The translations under genes and the position numbers were made by a program. Shown here piece by piece: positions 37,857 through 48,959 of a DNA stretch of 64,000 bases. The stretch lies in assembly GCA_963681965.1 (NCBI GenBank), contig OY820579.1:2304001-2368000 (forward strand), given 5' to 3'. The DNA is from a bacterium. GTDB taxonomy: Bacteria; Electryoneota; JAOADG01. The first letter of the stretch is position 1; the number at the start of each line of letters is the position of its first letter. The notes beneath the pieces are model-generated. The model ran no database searches and was not told where the DNA came from. It saw only the letters and a list, made by a program, of their open reading frames with translations.

Positions 37857-38842
37857 CTTTCACCTCGCAATCCTATCCGGGTCGGTGGAACAATATTCAT
37901 CATGTTTGGTCGTTGTAGTGACGGTCGGCTTCCTAGTTGTCGATCGATGATCTCAACTGCGCCGCGAAGATCTTCCACTGAGATATGGGCATAAAACTTT
38001 TCAGTGACTACAACCGAGGAGTGTCCCAATACTTTCGAGGCGTGATACAAACTGACTCCATTCGCAACCATGATACTGGCGCAGGTGTGTCGCAATGTGT
38101 GGAAGTGGATCTTTTCGGATAACCCGAGTTTTCGACAGTAGCGTTTGAACAGGTGAGTCACCCAGGAGCTACCGATCATGTGCTCACGATCGATTGAGAA
38201 GATGTATTGTGAAGTATGGGGTAATTGCTCCAACACTACGCACACTGACTCGGAAACGGGGATACAACGCGACTTACCTGCTTTGGACTCGTGGACGGTG
38301 AATAGTCCTCGGACATCGTCGTAATCGTTCCAAGTCAACCGACAGATCTCGTTGCGGCGAAGACCGGTGTGAACCGCGAGTAGCACCATCGCTTTGAACC
38401 ACGGTTCCTGAATCGCTTCGAGTAACCGATTGACTTCAATCTCAGATAATGCAACCGTGTCGCTGGGAACCTTGATCAAATGCTTTCCACTGATCGGTAC
38501 TTTGTTGATCAACTCCCAACGCTTCGCTTGATTCAACGCACTCCGAATTGCCCGAAGTTCGACATTCACCGATACCGGTTTGACGCTGGTCAATCGCGCT
38601 GCTTTGTATTGCTCGATCAATCGCTCGGTGATCTTGACGATGGGAATGTCACCAAAGATATCAATCAGATTCCGAAAGGTATTCCGGTAGATTGTTGTTG
38701 TGCCGGGTCGATGATTCGAGCGCGACCACGACAAGCACTCGCATATAAAGGAAGAAAGAGTAACCGACTCAATTGTGCTGATAACTGAACCACTGTGTCG
38801 CTTTTTTCGACGTTGCGAATAATTAAATATTGTTTCGTTCAT
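37853..38842 (-). CDS. Second tyrosine recombinase, paralogue of the integrase
   Basis: TGLRRNE, ESKAGK, HTLRH, LGH and KFYAH motifs. Stop overlaps the primase start. Confidence 0.9.
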   Translation of the reverse strand: MNETIFNYSQRRKKRHSGSVISTIESVTLSSFICECLSWSRSNHRPGTTTIYRNTFRNLIDIFGDIPIVKITERLIEQYKAARLTSVKPVSVNVELRAIRSALNQAKRWELINKVPISGKHLIKVPSDTVALSEIEVNRLLEAIQEPWFKAMVLLAVHTGLRRNEICRLTWNDYDDVRGLFTVHESKAGKSRCIPVSESVCVVLEQLPHTSQYIFSIDREHMIGSSWVTHLFKRYCRKLGLSEKIHFHTLRHTCASIMVANGVSLYHASKVLGHSSVVVTEKFYAHISVEDLRGAVEIIDRQLGSRPSLQRPNMMNIVPPTRIGLRGER

Positions 38843-39008
38843 TGCACTCCACCTTACGTATTTTTAACGAAAAGTAGAGCATCACATTGTATATTGATAG
38901 GTGTGGAAAAATTCTAGGTAGGATTTTAAGGTTATGATAATAGTAATGATACAACGACTGGAGGAGTGGAAATTCCTCGCCTCGATATTTTAATCGATGA
39001 AAAATGAA

Positions 39009-40172
39009 CTATGAAGATTCGCGAGCTTTTCCCAAGCAATCTTTTGAATAGAGTACAGCTTGATCGATGTCAGATATCAAATTTTGAATTTGGCTTCTGG
39101 AAAGATACAATCGGAATTCTACTGAATCCCGATTCAACCTTACTCGATCGAACAATCTAGTCTTTATTTTAGCTGAAAGATCTTTCAGCAATCGGCTCCA
39201 ATAAGTCTGAAGGCGCTTATGAACCTCCACAGACCTTGTACTCGGCAACTTGATCCAACCTTTATTATGCCACTCAATCAAGCGATCCGATAACTCTTGC
39301 TCAGTAACGAAAAGATAGGAGTGCGTTCCACTACCGCATTCTTTACCATTGAATAATGCAAATAGAAAGAACAATTGAATACGCCCTAGTTGCATTGTGT
39401 GTGGCTGTATCGCCTTGCCGATTAATTCACACGCAAACCCTTTAACAATTTTGTGACCCGGAAAACGTCTTAAGATTAGCTCTGCCTCGTCGGAAATCTG
39501 AATTTGATCTAATGATGAGAGTACCGATCCAAGGTCGATTGATGGATATGGTTCACATAACAGATCCATTATCCGATAGACATAGACTGCCGATTTCGCT
39601 AGATTCGATCGATCCATTATATCGATAGTTGGTGATTCATTACAAAGAACTAGATAGGGATTGTGTCTACTAGCAATGTCTAACAAGCGATGGAATCGAT
39701 CGGTGAAAGACAAATGGTCGGTATTTGTTGCAAAGCAAATCGAAACACAAAAAGTTGAGTACGACGTCTCAGCAAACTTATATATATCGGTCACCACCTC
39801 ATTTTGTTTGCTATCGACGCATTCCCACTGATTCTCGCTAGCGAGCCATTTCAGAAAATGGAATCGTGAAAATCGGAACTGACGAATCGATTCAGACGGG
39901 ATTGATCGAGATTCCACGCTTCCATACGGACAAACCAATAATGACTGAACGTCACTGCGATAATAGATCTTCAGAAGGCATTCATCGCACTCACAGGGTT
40001 CCAGACAAGGGAGTTCTTCTTGTGGTTGGATTTCCTGAATCAACCCCAACGCCAATAGCGACGCGATGCAATCCGTTTCGCCCCATTCCTCGAAATTGAA
40101 ACCGGTGATCGTATCGATATCGCAACCGTGAGTCGTTTTAAGAATGCGATCAATGAGAGTGTTCGAAAACAA
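39009..40172 (-). CDS. Hypothetical protein with Cys cluster (possible Zn ribbon)
   Basis: 387-aa ORF, CLEPCECDEC...CP motif, TTG start with AGAGG RBS, overlapping the upstream gene. Confidence 0.65.
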   Translation of the reverse strand: MFSNTLIDRILKTTHGCDIDTITGFNFEEWGETDCIASLLALGLIQEIQPQEELPCLEPCECDECLLKIYYRSDVQSLLVCPYGSVESRSIPSESIRQFRFSRFHFLKWLASENQWECVDSKQNEVVTDIYKFAETSYSTFCVSICFATNTDHLSFTDRFHRLLDIASRHNPYLVLCNESPTIDIMDRSNLAKSAVYVYRIMDLLCEPYPSIDLGSVLSSLDQIQISDEAELILRRFPGHKIVKGFACELIGKAIQPHTMQLGRIQLFFLFALFNGKECGSGTHSYLFVTEQELSDRLIEWHNKGWIKLPSTRSVEVHKRLQTYWSRLLKDLSAKIKTRLFDRVRLNRDSVEFRLYLSRSQIQNLISDIDQAVLYSKDCLGKARESS

Positions 40173-41301
40173 AGTGATTCCTCTTGAGGTGTTCCATGAT
40201 GCGATTTTGTAGATAGCGTCGATCGAATTTAGCGGACGATGGCGGCTTAATCGTCACATCTTTCTTTTTCTCTTTCCCTTGCCAGTAAAAGGAAAATCTC
40301 AGTGTCACCGACCTAATAGCGAGTTTCTTTGGATCGAAATCAGGATGAGAGGCTTGCAGATACTTCAACAAATCGAAAAATCGAAAGGTTGCCGATACCG
40401 ATCCGCGCTTGCCATCCGAGAAGACAATCTCAGTTACCTTAACACCTCTGCAATCGCGATCCCACTGATAGTTGAATTCGAAGTCAAAGCCCTGCTCAAT
40501 GATTGGGTCTAACGTGTAATTAAGCTCTAATGACTTTTTATCCAACCATTCGTCATTTACGATATGGTGAGCAAACAAAGTCGCAAGTGTTTTCTTCTCC
40601 TTCGCTGTCCGCGCATTCACCAATATTTTCGCTTGTTCAGGTTGGAAGCATAAATAATCGAGCTTGGCTTCGCGTAGGATCTTGCTATTCACATCGTTTT
40701 TTTCGACAACCTGAACGCTATTTTTCGCTTTACCGTGAAGAATCAGAAAATGGAAACCGTTCGCATCTTGATATTGACGGACTTTACAGAAAGCACCTTG
40801 GAGTCTTCCGTTATAAAATGACTTCAGAGCAGATTCGTATAAAGTCACTTTCTCAGGATCTGGGATTATCGAAATAGTTTTATTTCCATTGTATTCACCG
40901 GAAAATTGTGCGATCTGTAGTTGAAGACGATCCACACACACTTCGAAAACTTCGTGATACTGAAGATAAGCAACCATTGCTATTTCGGCACGAGTCGGTT
41001 GTTTTTGTTCCTGTGCCAAATAGATCGCTCGGATTGGAGACTTCAAATCGTTGGATACCTCCATTAAGGTCTCGAACCCTTCTTCGCTGGCTAAATCGGA
41101 GATCATCAGTAGATTGTAAATGAGTTTATCGGATAAGAACTCATAGTTTTCCAACAATGCTTCAAACAGCTCCTTACTAGATAATTCGCTTAGCTTCAAC
41201 CCTTCCGTTTCTGGGAATTGCGAAAAGAACTGCTTCAATATTGGTTGTGATATTCCATCGAGAACGCGCTGGTTGATAAAGTAATTGACATTCTTACGCA
41301 T
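40150..41301 (-). CDS. Hypothetical protein
   Basis: Long ORF with likely ATG at 41301 after AAGGAG. Confidence 0.7.
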   Translation of the reverse strand: MRKNVNYFINQRVLDGISQPILKQFFSQFPETEGLKLSELSSKELFEALLENYEFLSDKLIYNLLMISDLASEEGFETLMEVSNDLKSPIRAIYLAQEQKQPTRAEIAMVAYLQYHEVFEVCVDRLQLQIAQFSGEYNGNKTISIIPDPEKVTLYESALKSFYNGRLQGAFCKVRQYQDANGFHFLILHGKAKNSVQVVEKNDVNSKILREAKLDYLCFQPEQAKILVNARTAKEKKTLATLFAHHIVNDEWLDKKSLELNYTLDPIIEQGFDFEFNYQWDRDCRGVKVTEIVFSDGKRGSVSATFRFFDLLKYLQASHPDFDPKKLAIRSVTLRFSFYWQGKEKKKDVTIKPPSSAKFDRRYLQNRIMEHLKRNHFVFEHSH

Positions 41302-41360
41302 CGTCAATCTCCTTTGAATAAGGATCGTTGCAACTAACCTATTCCCCATAAAACAAGCAA

Positions 41361-41385
41361 CCGCCCCACCTTCCGGTAGGGCGGC
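41361..41385. terminator. GC-rich hairpin after the large secreted-protein gene
   Basis: CCGCCCCACC-TTCC-GGTAGGGGCGG imperfect inverted repeat, with a T-rich tail on the minus strand. Confidence 0.45.
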
Positions 41386-41407
41386 TTGAAATTCGCAATT
41401 AATTGAA

Positions 41408-44400
41408 TTACTTCAACAGAATCGCTTTCTTCGTCGCTACAAATCCTGGTGTCTTCATCGTAATGAAGTAAATACCGGTACTAACTTTCATACCGCTGGA
41501 GTTATTGCCGTCCCAGTTGATTCGATAACTGCCGGTAGTATAGTCTTTATCGGCGAGCGTCTTCACCAACCGACCTAGTGCATCGTACACCGATACCGAT
41601 ACCCGACTTGACTTCGGAACTTCAAATCGAATTTGAGTGGTGTTGTTGAATGGATTCGGATAGATTGAACTGAGTGTAAATGCCTTCGGAATCGCAACTG
41701 CAGTTTCATGCGATGGTGGCTTGATTGCCTTGGAAAGCTTCGCGATCTTCGACAATGCCGTCATGCGGTTCGATTGCTGTGTCTGATAGTAACCGGCAAT
41801 ATCGCCTCGTTTCGAGGCAGGCGTCGGACGCAACAAACTCGAGACCAGCATGTCATACTCAATTCGTAGCGAGTCGTCACCGTTGCCATACGCGAGAATC
41901 GAATCGCGAAACGCATCGGCAGTCAGGAATTCGTGCATCGCGTCGAAGCCGTAACTCTCGTTGTAATACTTCGTCATGCTGTATGGATCGCCTACCGGCG
42001 GCAACTGCGGATTCAATTCCGACAGTCGTTGCAATGCCGCGGCACCGGCAGCAGTGGAATCGCCCGATTGCGCCAGCGTCAGATTGTAATAGTACAAAGC
42101 GCTATCGAGCATATCCTGACTGAAATAGATGTCGCCGCGCAACAAACTGCCGCCGAGATCGGACATGTAGTCGCCCAGATTCGTTCCGCACGACGAAGAG
42201 TCGAATACAGTATTCAAGCCCCAATACGCCCCATTGCTGGGCAACAAGCCACCTAACGGATTCGGATCCTTGTCGAAAGAGTTGCCTTTCAGATTAAGAT
42301 AGAACGGCGTGCCGACTTGCTGCATGTAATAGTTCAAATGGTTTCCATTTTGGTCGATAATACCGGTAAAGGTGTTCTCGCCATAGAGGAAAACCGGTGT
42401 CGAGTTGTCGACCAACACCATCGGGAAGTCGAGGATACCGGAGAAATCGTTCGACCCGACCTGTGAGTTGTCGGGATCGTAGAACGATGCCGTCGAGTTG
42501 CCGGTAAGATATACAGCATGATGATCGTTACCGGAGAAGCTGTTGCAGGTAAAGATCGTCGAAGCGGCATACCCGAAGAAACCGGATTTGTAATTGGTGG
42601 CGTTAATTCCGTTATCGCTGATGTTGCAGTGATCGATCCGACCGCCGCCATTCGACCAAACGAATGCGGCATCGCGATTGTTGTGCACCAGATTGTTATA
42701 GAATTGCGCTTCGCTGTACAAACCATTCACACCGATCGTACAATTGGAGATCTCGCTGTTGTCGATCTGAACTTTACTGGAAGTGGTATACAGGTCAATT
42801 CCGATGGTGCTGTTATTATTGCCAACGATATTGCAACCGTTGATCGTTGTCTCCTTCGGTTTCCACAGTTCCAGCGCTTTCACCGATTGGTTGTTGAAGT
42901 TGCAGCTTGTGATCGATTGATAAGAACCGTCGAGGGCATCGAATGAGGAAATCGCCTTCTCGCCGCCGGTAAAAGTGCAGTGCGACAACGCTACTGTATC
43001 CGCAAGCGAATTGACGGATATCGCCGTCGCACAATTCTCGAATTCCGCCGAATCGAGTTGAATTTGACCACCGGTGGATTTGATGGCATTGGAAAATGAT
43101 ACAAATTTTGCAAATCCTCCAATTACTTTACCACCCTCTTCAACTTCGATCGATGGTGCATCATTTTGGTGACCAATCAAGAATGCATAATTTTCGATTG
43201 GTGTTGGTGCGCTATCATGACCCATAAACTGCACGACAGTACCACTTGGAACATGAATTTTTCCACCATAAGTAAATGATATTCCTGCTCCCGGGTCAAT
43301 TTTTAATGTGTCGTTTGATGGAGGTTCTACAACATCGAAAACACAAAATGAACCTGAAATCCGAGCAGTCTGTTTGACAATAGAACCAAAACTAACGGAT
43401 ATGTCGCCAGTCGATTCATCATAAAAAATATTAGGTTCAGTTGAATTCTCAACCCTAAATCGAATATGATCTTGACCGGTCATTACTTCAGCGAAATATA
43501 CTCTTTCACGGTAACAATCATAAGTATTATTAAAACTTGGACTGAAAATGTCACCGGTAACATTTGTCGCAAGAGTTGACCAAGTATTACCCGAATTGTA
43601 CGATACAAGAATATTAACTGCTTGCGGTGTCGAATTAGTTGAATACATGTATTCGCGCCACCTAACTGGAATCGAGTTTGTACGATAGCGATCACCTGGA
43701 TTGGGTGTTGTGATTTGAACAACATTATGACGAAATGCTGTTATACCACTATTTGTACAAACAAAAGCACGACCTTGAATTTTTGGCGCTTCAGCAACGC
43801 CAAAAAAACTGGAATTATGTACCCAGTCGTCTGACGGCATACACACTTTTCTACCGTCACTTATATCATAAGAACCCATATTAAAACCGTCATTCCACGC
43901 AACTCCCCGTTGTAAATGGTATCGTAGATTGGCAATTGTAATTCCCGTCGCAGTCAACCCATAAACGTAATCGAATCTAGGATTGCCTACCATGCCAATA
44001 TTAGTGCCGGTAAGACCGATATATGTCCAACCTCCATATCTAGGATTTTGCACAGTTCGGAAATACTGCCATTGATGTAAACCAGTTGGTAAATTTGGAG
44101 GAGTTTCGTTAGTGGTTTCACATGAAATGATGTCTGGATAAATCGTAGCTCCATCAGCAGAATAGAACACAACACCACCAATAGTATTGTGACCGAGAGT
44201 TCGGGGATCCATAATGTTAAATTGATTATTGTTCAAATTAATCGGTCGAAATCCCCCGCAATTATTTCTTCCAATTAATAAGTGCGCTAAGCTTAGGTCA
44301 ATCGAGATTGGAGAGAGACCTTCCTCCATTTCCAGTTGGTTAATATTGGTGAAAGAACCGTCGGCAGGATTAAATCGCAACTTATGAACTGATGTTGCAG

Positions 44401-45991
44401 TGGTAGCAAAAACAATTATTTGATTAGTACCTAGAACAGTAAAGTTCATCGCTTTCAAATAAGTAACTCCCGGAAGGTGATAACCGGTTATGCGAGTTAG
44501 AGTTGCTGGTTCAAACACATCGATCCAATTTGCTCCAGCTGCGAATATGTACTGACTCAGAACAACGCCATTCGTGGGAACATTGGTTGCATTACAGATT
44601 GAAGAATAAGGGGTTGAGGTTAGAATTTGATCGGTTTCAGTGAATGTGAATGCGGTTGGATCGGTCATTGATATTGATATTTTCCGAATACCGCGTTCGC
44701 AAGCAGCAAATAGCATTACCGGAGTGTTCGATGAATTATCTGACCGATAGAAACATAATTCATTCGGGCTTCCTCCCGCTCCCGGACAGTTAGTATAAGT
44801 CCGATATGCGTTGCCGTTAAATACAACAATATTCTGATATGGTCCATTAGCGATATAAATTGGACTAGTTGTCGAGGACGGATTCACTAATACGATCGAC
44901 AATGGACTACCGTTAAAGTTTCGTTTTGAAAATACTGGTGAAGATTGATCCAAATACCATTGTATTGCGTCCGAACCGGTATAAGGACTTGCTAGAAGAT
45001 CAAATTGGACTAAATCTGCTCCGTTTCCCGAAGAAGAATTTTTTACAATTCGAACGTGAGCTTTAAATAATGCAGTTGCAGCTTGCTCTCCAATGCAAGT
45101 CATTGCAACTGCAGGTCCAAGATCATTTCCAGAAAATTGGAGGACGTCATAATCACTATTAAAGTACCAATTTCCCATATTCGATCGGTGCGTTATTACG
45201 ATCCGGTCTGTCAATGAAAGGATGATAAATTCCGATCCAAAAACAGCAGGAAGGTAATACAGTGCTTTTAATGGAACATCAGATTCATTTATATAAGTCA
45301 GAGGTTCCCAGTAAGGATTAGTTCCGCTGTAATGGTAATCTAACAAGTAATTTATACTCGGTGTTCCGGAAACGAACCCACCGATTAACAGTTGACCGGT
45401 TGCACCAAAGACCGGTTTGCAAAGTGTAGCATTATTTTGTGAAGAAACCACAGTAAATTGATTAATATCCCCGTACTGACTATACGATCCGACCCCGATC
45501 TGAGTATCTCCCGAAATTAAGATTTTTCCATCCCTAGCCAAGAGATACTTCCACTGACCAGTAGGAAGTGTTTCTACATCAAGCTGTGAAGGTGAGAATG
45601 GGTCGTCGGTCAAATCATATGTTTTTACTTCTTGAGTAGTAAGTTGAAACAAAATCTGTCCGACACGGAAAACATCTTTTGTGTTATCGTTTTGCGAGAA
45701 TTCATTTACACAAAAATACGTCTCCGATTCAGTGATTGCTGTGGGATTATTAAGAGGTGTTCGAAGAATTCGAACTCCACCGGTTCCAGAAGCTACATAA
45801 ATGTACTGATAAGATGTATTCGAGTATGTTACCATGCCAGATACATCACCCCAATATTGATAGTTTTCAACAGGAGTTGGTGGTGTGTAGCTGCCACATG
45901 GAATAATATTTCGAGCTTGGGATAGTGATGAGGTGATTAGTAAACTAACAATGATGCCAATCATCGACAGATAACGAAGAATACTTCTCAT
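41408..45991 (-). CDS. Large secreted multidomain protein (propeller-like, parallel beta-helix, TPR-like, FlgD-Ig/T9SS C-terminal domain)
   Basis: Signal peptide, beta-helix repeats (ISNCTIG, NNLVHNN, CNSFSGN), IYPNPFN...WDGNN..G..VSTGIYF...KKAILLK. Likely ATG at 45991. Confidence 0.8.
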   Translation of the reverse strand: MRSILRYLSMIGIIVSLLITSSLSQARNIIPCGSYTPPTPVENYQYWGDVSGMVTYSNTSYQYIYVASGTGGVRILRTPLNNPTAITESETYFCVNEFSQNDNTKDVFRVGQILFQLTTQEVKTYDLTDDPFSPSQLDVETLPTGQWKYLLARDGKILISGDTQIGVGSYSQYGDINQFTVVSSQNNATLCKPVFGATGQLLIGGFVSGTPSINYLLDYHYSGTNPYWEPLTYINESDVPLKALYYLPAVFGSEFIILSLTDRIVITHRSNMGNWYFNSDYDVLQFSGNDLGPAVAMTCIGEQAATALFKAHVRIVKNSSSGNGADLVQFDLLASPYTGSDAIQWYLDQSSPVFSKRNFNGSPLSIVLVNPSSTTSPIYIANGPYQNIVVFNGNAYRTYTNCPGAGGSPNELCFYRSDNSSNTPVMLFAACERGIRKISISMTDPTAFTFTETDQILTSTPYSSICNATNVPTNGVVLSQYIFAAGANWIDVFEPATLTRITGYHLPGVTYLKAMNFTVLGTNQIIVFATTATSVHKLRFNPADGSFTNINQLEMEEGLSPISIDLSLAHLLIGRNNCGGFRPINLNNNQFNIMDPRTLGHNTIGGVVFYSADGATIYPDIISCETTNETPPNLPTGLHQWQYFRTVQNPRYGGWTYIGLTGTNIGMVGNPRFDYVYGLTATGITIANLRYHLQRGVAWNDGFNMGSYDISDGRKVCMPSDDWVHNSSFFGVAEAPKIQGRAFVCTNSGITAFRHNVVQITTPNPGDRYRTNSIPVRWREYMYSTNSTPQAVNILVSYNSGNTWSTLATNVTGDIFSPSFNNTYDCYRERVYFAEVMTGQDHIRFRVENSTEPNIFYDESTGDISVSFGSIVKQTARISGSFCVFDVVEPPSNDTLKIDPGAGISFTYGGKIHVPSGTVVQFMGHDSAPTPIENYAFLIGHQNDAPSIEVEEGGKVIGGFAKFVSFSNAIKSTGGQIQLDSAEFENCATAISVNSLADTVALSHCTFTGGEKAISSFDALDGSYQSITSCNFNNQSVKALELWKPKETTINGCNIVGNNNSTIGIDLYTTSSKVQIDNSEISNCTIGVNGLYSEAQFYNNLVHNNRDAAFVWSNGGGRIDHCNISDNGINATNYKSGFFGYAASTIFTCNSFSGNDHHAVYLTGNSTASFYDPDNSQVGSNDFSGILDFPMVLVDNSTPVFLYGENTFTGIIDQNGNHLNYYMQQVGTPFYLNLKGNSFDKDPNPLGGLLPSNGAYWGLNTVFDSSSCGTNLGDYMSDLGGSLLRGDIYFSQDMLDSALYYYNLTLAQSGDSTAAGAAALQRLSELNPQLPPVGDPYSMTKYYNESYGFDAMHEFLTADAFRDSILAYGNGDDSLRIEYDMLVSSLLRPTPASKRGDIAGYYQTQQSNRMTALSKIAKLSKAIKPPSHETAVAIPKAFTLSSIYPNPFNNTTQIRFEVPKSSRVSVSVYDALGRLVKTLADKDYTTGSYRINWDGNNSSGMKVSTGIYFITMKTPGFVATKKAILLK

Positions 45992-46008
45992 AGCAATCTC
46001 CCTCAAAG

Positions 46009-48162
46009 TTATTTGATTAGTGAAATCGGATAAATCCGATTTGAGTTATTCACTCGTAAATGAATGAAATATTTTCCACTGGCAAATTTTTCTGAGTGCC
46101 AGTTAAATTGATAGAATCCTGATGAATACTGATCGCATGCAACGACAGCCACACTTTTTCCCAAAACGTTGAAGATTTCAAGTCGAAGCATACTCGCTGT
46201 CGGCAATGATAACCTAATATGAAGAATCGAGTTGAATGGGTTCGGAAAGGTCGTAAGTTGAAACGTTTCGACAACGGGATGAAATTCTACCAGTTCTGAG
46301 GATGTCACCGAGGCTGTCGAGCGATAATTACTGTAGTAGAGACAATTCATGGAATCGAGATAGAGCTTCTTGTAATCACTTTCAGACGTTTCAAGAAGAG
46401 TCTCCCAATGAGAATTGTTATGTAACAACCGTTTCACATATTGATGAATATTGGAGGTTAAATCGGTATTATTCTCGATTATAAATAAATCGCCTTGAAT
46501 ATTATCGAGAAAACAGTTTATCGATTGGTTGGATAATAGAAATGGGACTGTGAGCCAATCGACACCGCCATTGTTCGATTTAAAATGACCTCTGGCGGTT
46601 TGCGCGAAGACTGCATGTCCAGACCAAATCTTGAGAGGTTGTTCATTAAGAAGCTGATACTGAGACGTTCGATGCCAACTTGTGCCTAGATTCGAAGAAC
46701 GTTCGAGGTATGTCGTATCATTAGAAAATGTCAACTGATAGATTGTATTGGACGAATCACATCCAATGATGGAATTTTCAGATATTAAATGCCAACTGCA
46801 ACCTTGATTGGTCGAATATTGATTCCCTCGGATCTCTGTTCCATCAGGTAAATAACAGAAATCGCCAGTACTTTGAGCCGTATCTCGAGACCAATTCTCA
46901 CCATGATCGTTTGAACGAAAAATATCGTCATTGGTTGCTAAAATGATCCTTCCATTTTGTTTCTTACAGATTCCCTTAATTCCAATCGATTGTCTGCCAT
47001 CGATACAAATCTTACGAGTGATCGTTTGCCAAGTCGTACAATGGTCGCGACTAATCAACAAACCGAGATCTGCAGTGATCATCGAACCGTTATTTGTTTC
47101 CAGCCAATACTCATTTCGATAAGCTTCGAATGCAGAAAAACATTCAATCCAATTAACTCCTTGATCAGTAGAACGATAAGTAGCCTCATCAGCACGAATG
47201 ATTGTTCCAGATTGTGATACACCGAACGTTGGGTATTCCGATATTAGATTCGGTGAAAAATATGTCCATGTCGTTCCGAAATCGGTGGACCGCGCTAAGT
47301 CACTTCGATTTAGAGAAGGTCTGAAGACCTGAACGTAAATTCTTCCTAATGAATCAATAGAGAAGTCATCACTTACTAACTCAAATCCCGGCACCGACTG
47401 CCAATGTAGCCCCCCATCGAGCGACCGATACAAACCAGTCCAAGCAGATCCACTTGCTAGGATTACGGTATCGTTGACAGCTTCCATATCGTTAAAATGA
47501 AAAGGTCCTGGTACCGCAATGGTTTGCCAGTTTTCCCCGTTGTCAGTTGATCGTGCGACATAATGGTCCGGTGCCCAGCCGGTATCAAGTGGTAGAGAGC
47601 CGCTGCATAGAATTGTATGGTTAGGAGTAATTGCAAGGCAATTGTTGAAACGGACGGGAATTGATCGCGATACCCAGGATACACCATCGTTGGTTGAGAT
47701 AAATAACTTGCTGGTATCGATTTGTAAATATTCGTAAGACATCACATAATGGCGTCCATCGCTAAATACACGATGTTGTTTTAAATCGTAGCTACAAAAT
47801 ATTGGCTCGTTTATCCAGTTTATGCCGTTATTTGTCGTTGAGAATGTTCGGAATTCTCCTGTATATAACCGTGTAAAATACAATTTTCCCGTTCGGTCGA
47901 TGCAAATCGAAGGCAATGGCGAATCGTTCCAATTCTCAAGTCGACCTACGAAAATCCAAGTTACACCATCATCAGTTGATCGAATAAGATTGTAACTTCC
48001 ATGACCCTCAGACCAAATTAACACATTGTTATTCACGCCATTTTGAACTAACCTGGTTAGTCCTCCGAAACTGCTAAGTTGTTCAAAAGTAGGTTGCCCA
48101 AGTCCTACTTGGGAGCTTAACATTGCGAGAACAGTAAACATCCATTTAGTTAGATTGCTCAT
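46009..48162 (-). CDS. BNR/Asp-box repeat secreted protein with T9SS-type C-terminal domain
   Basis: Repeated RSTDxGxxW motifs, TFPNPFN...SLIK, signal peptide. Confidence 0.85.
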   Translation of the reverse strand: MSNLTKWMFTVLAMLSSQVGLGQPTFEQLSSFGGLTRLVQNGVNNNVLIWSEGHGSYNLIRSTDDGVTWIFVGRLENWNDSPLPSICIDRTGKLYFTRLYTGEFRTFSTTNNGINWINEPIFCSYDLKQHRVFSDGRHYVMSYEYLQIDTSKLFISTNDGVSWVSRSIPVRFNNCLAITPNHTILCSGSLPLDTGWAPDHYVARSTDNGENWQTIAVPGPFHFNDMEAVNDTVILASGSAWTGLYRSLDGGLHWQSVPGFELVSDDFSIDSLGRIYVQVFRPSLNRSDLARSTDFGTTWTYFSPNLISEYPTFGVSQSGTIIRADEATYRSTDQGVNWIECFSAFEAYRNEYWLETNNGSMITADLGLLISRDHCTTWQTITRKICIDGRQSIGIKGICKKQNGRIILATNDDIFRSNDHGENWSRDTAQSTGDFCYLPDGTEIRGNQYSTNQGCSWHLISENSIIGCDSSNTIYQLTFSNDTTYLERSSNLGTSWHRTSQYQLLNEQPLKIWSGHAVFAQTARGHFKSNNGGVDWLTVPFLLSNQSINCFLDNIQGDLFIIENNTDLTSNIHQYVKRLLHNNSHWETLLETSESDYKKLYLDSMNCLYYSNYRSTASVTSSELVEFHPVVETFQLTTFPNPFNSILHIRLSLPTASMLRLEIFNVLGKSVAVVACDQYSSGFYQFNWHSEKFASGKYFIHLRVNNSNRIYPISLIK

Positions 48163-48959
48163 TTGTATGTTTTTACAATTAGATATAACATATTGACAAT
48201 GAACTGCTAATTACTGAAAAAAACTGGTTGCGCTCAACCGATACTTGCACAATGACATAAAATGATTCCACAAATCCATCTAATTCGATCGACCATCTTT
48301 CGCAACTTTCTACTTAGTACTAGTATACAACTGGGTGACTCCCGATCAACTTGCAGGATCTTCGAATTGGAGCTGATTGTTGGAAACCTTGCGGGAACAT
48401 GCATCGTCATTGCCTCTTCGATCTGTGTCTCGACATCACAATCCATCCATCGGAATATTAAGCATGTTGTCTTTTGATAAACTAGTAAATCACTATTCAA
48501 TTGTCAATAGCGAAGAGACAATTTTTAAAAATACTTATCTTTCGTCAACTTATATATTGAATTATACTAATGTTAGAAATATTCCACATAAGTAATCAAC
48601 TTATTAGAGAAAATATACCAATAACTATCTTTTAGAATTAAATATATTCAGGTTTGAGCCAGACAATTTTAACGAAATAGTATAAAATAGATCCCGACGC
48701 GAGTTTGCGCCCATCGAACGTGACGCGATAGCTGCCACTATGCTGTTTCTCATCCACCAGCGTCAGCACACCGCGATCCATCTGATCGATTAGTATTTAT
48801 TTCACTCTACCGGTTATCGGAATCAGAACCTGGATTCCACTTTTCGCTAAATCTGCACTAACGAATTGCGAAAATTTTGATTCATTGCATTTCGATTGAT
48901 AATCGGGAAGTACTTTAGTTATCTTTTAAAATTAATTCTTGCACCAACAAGGGACAAAT

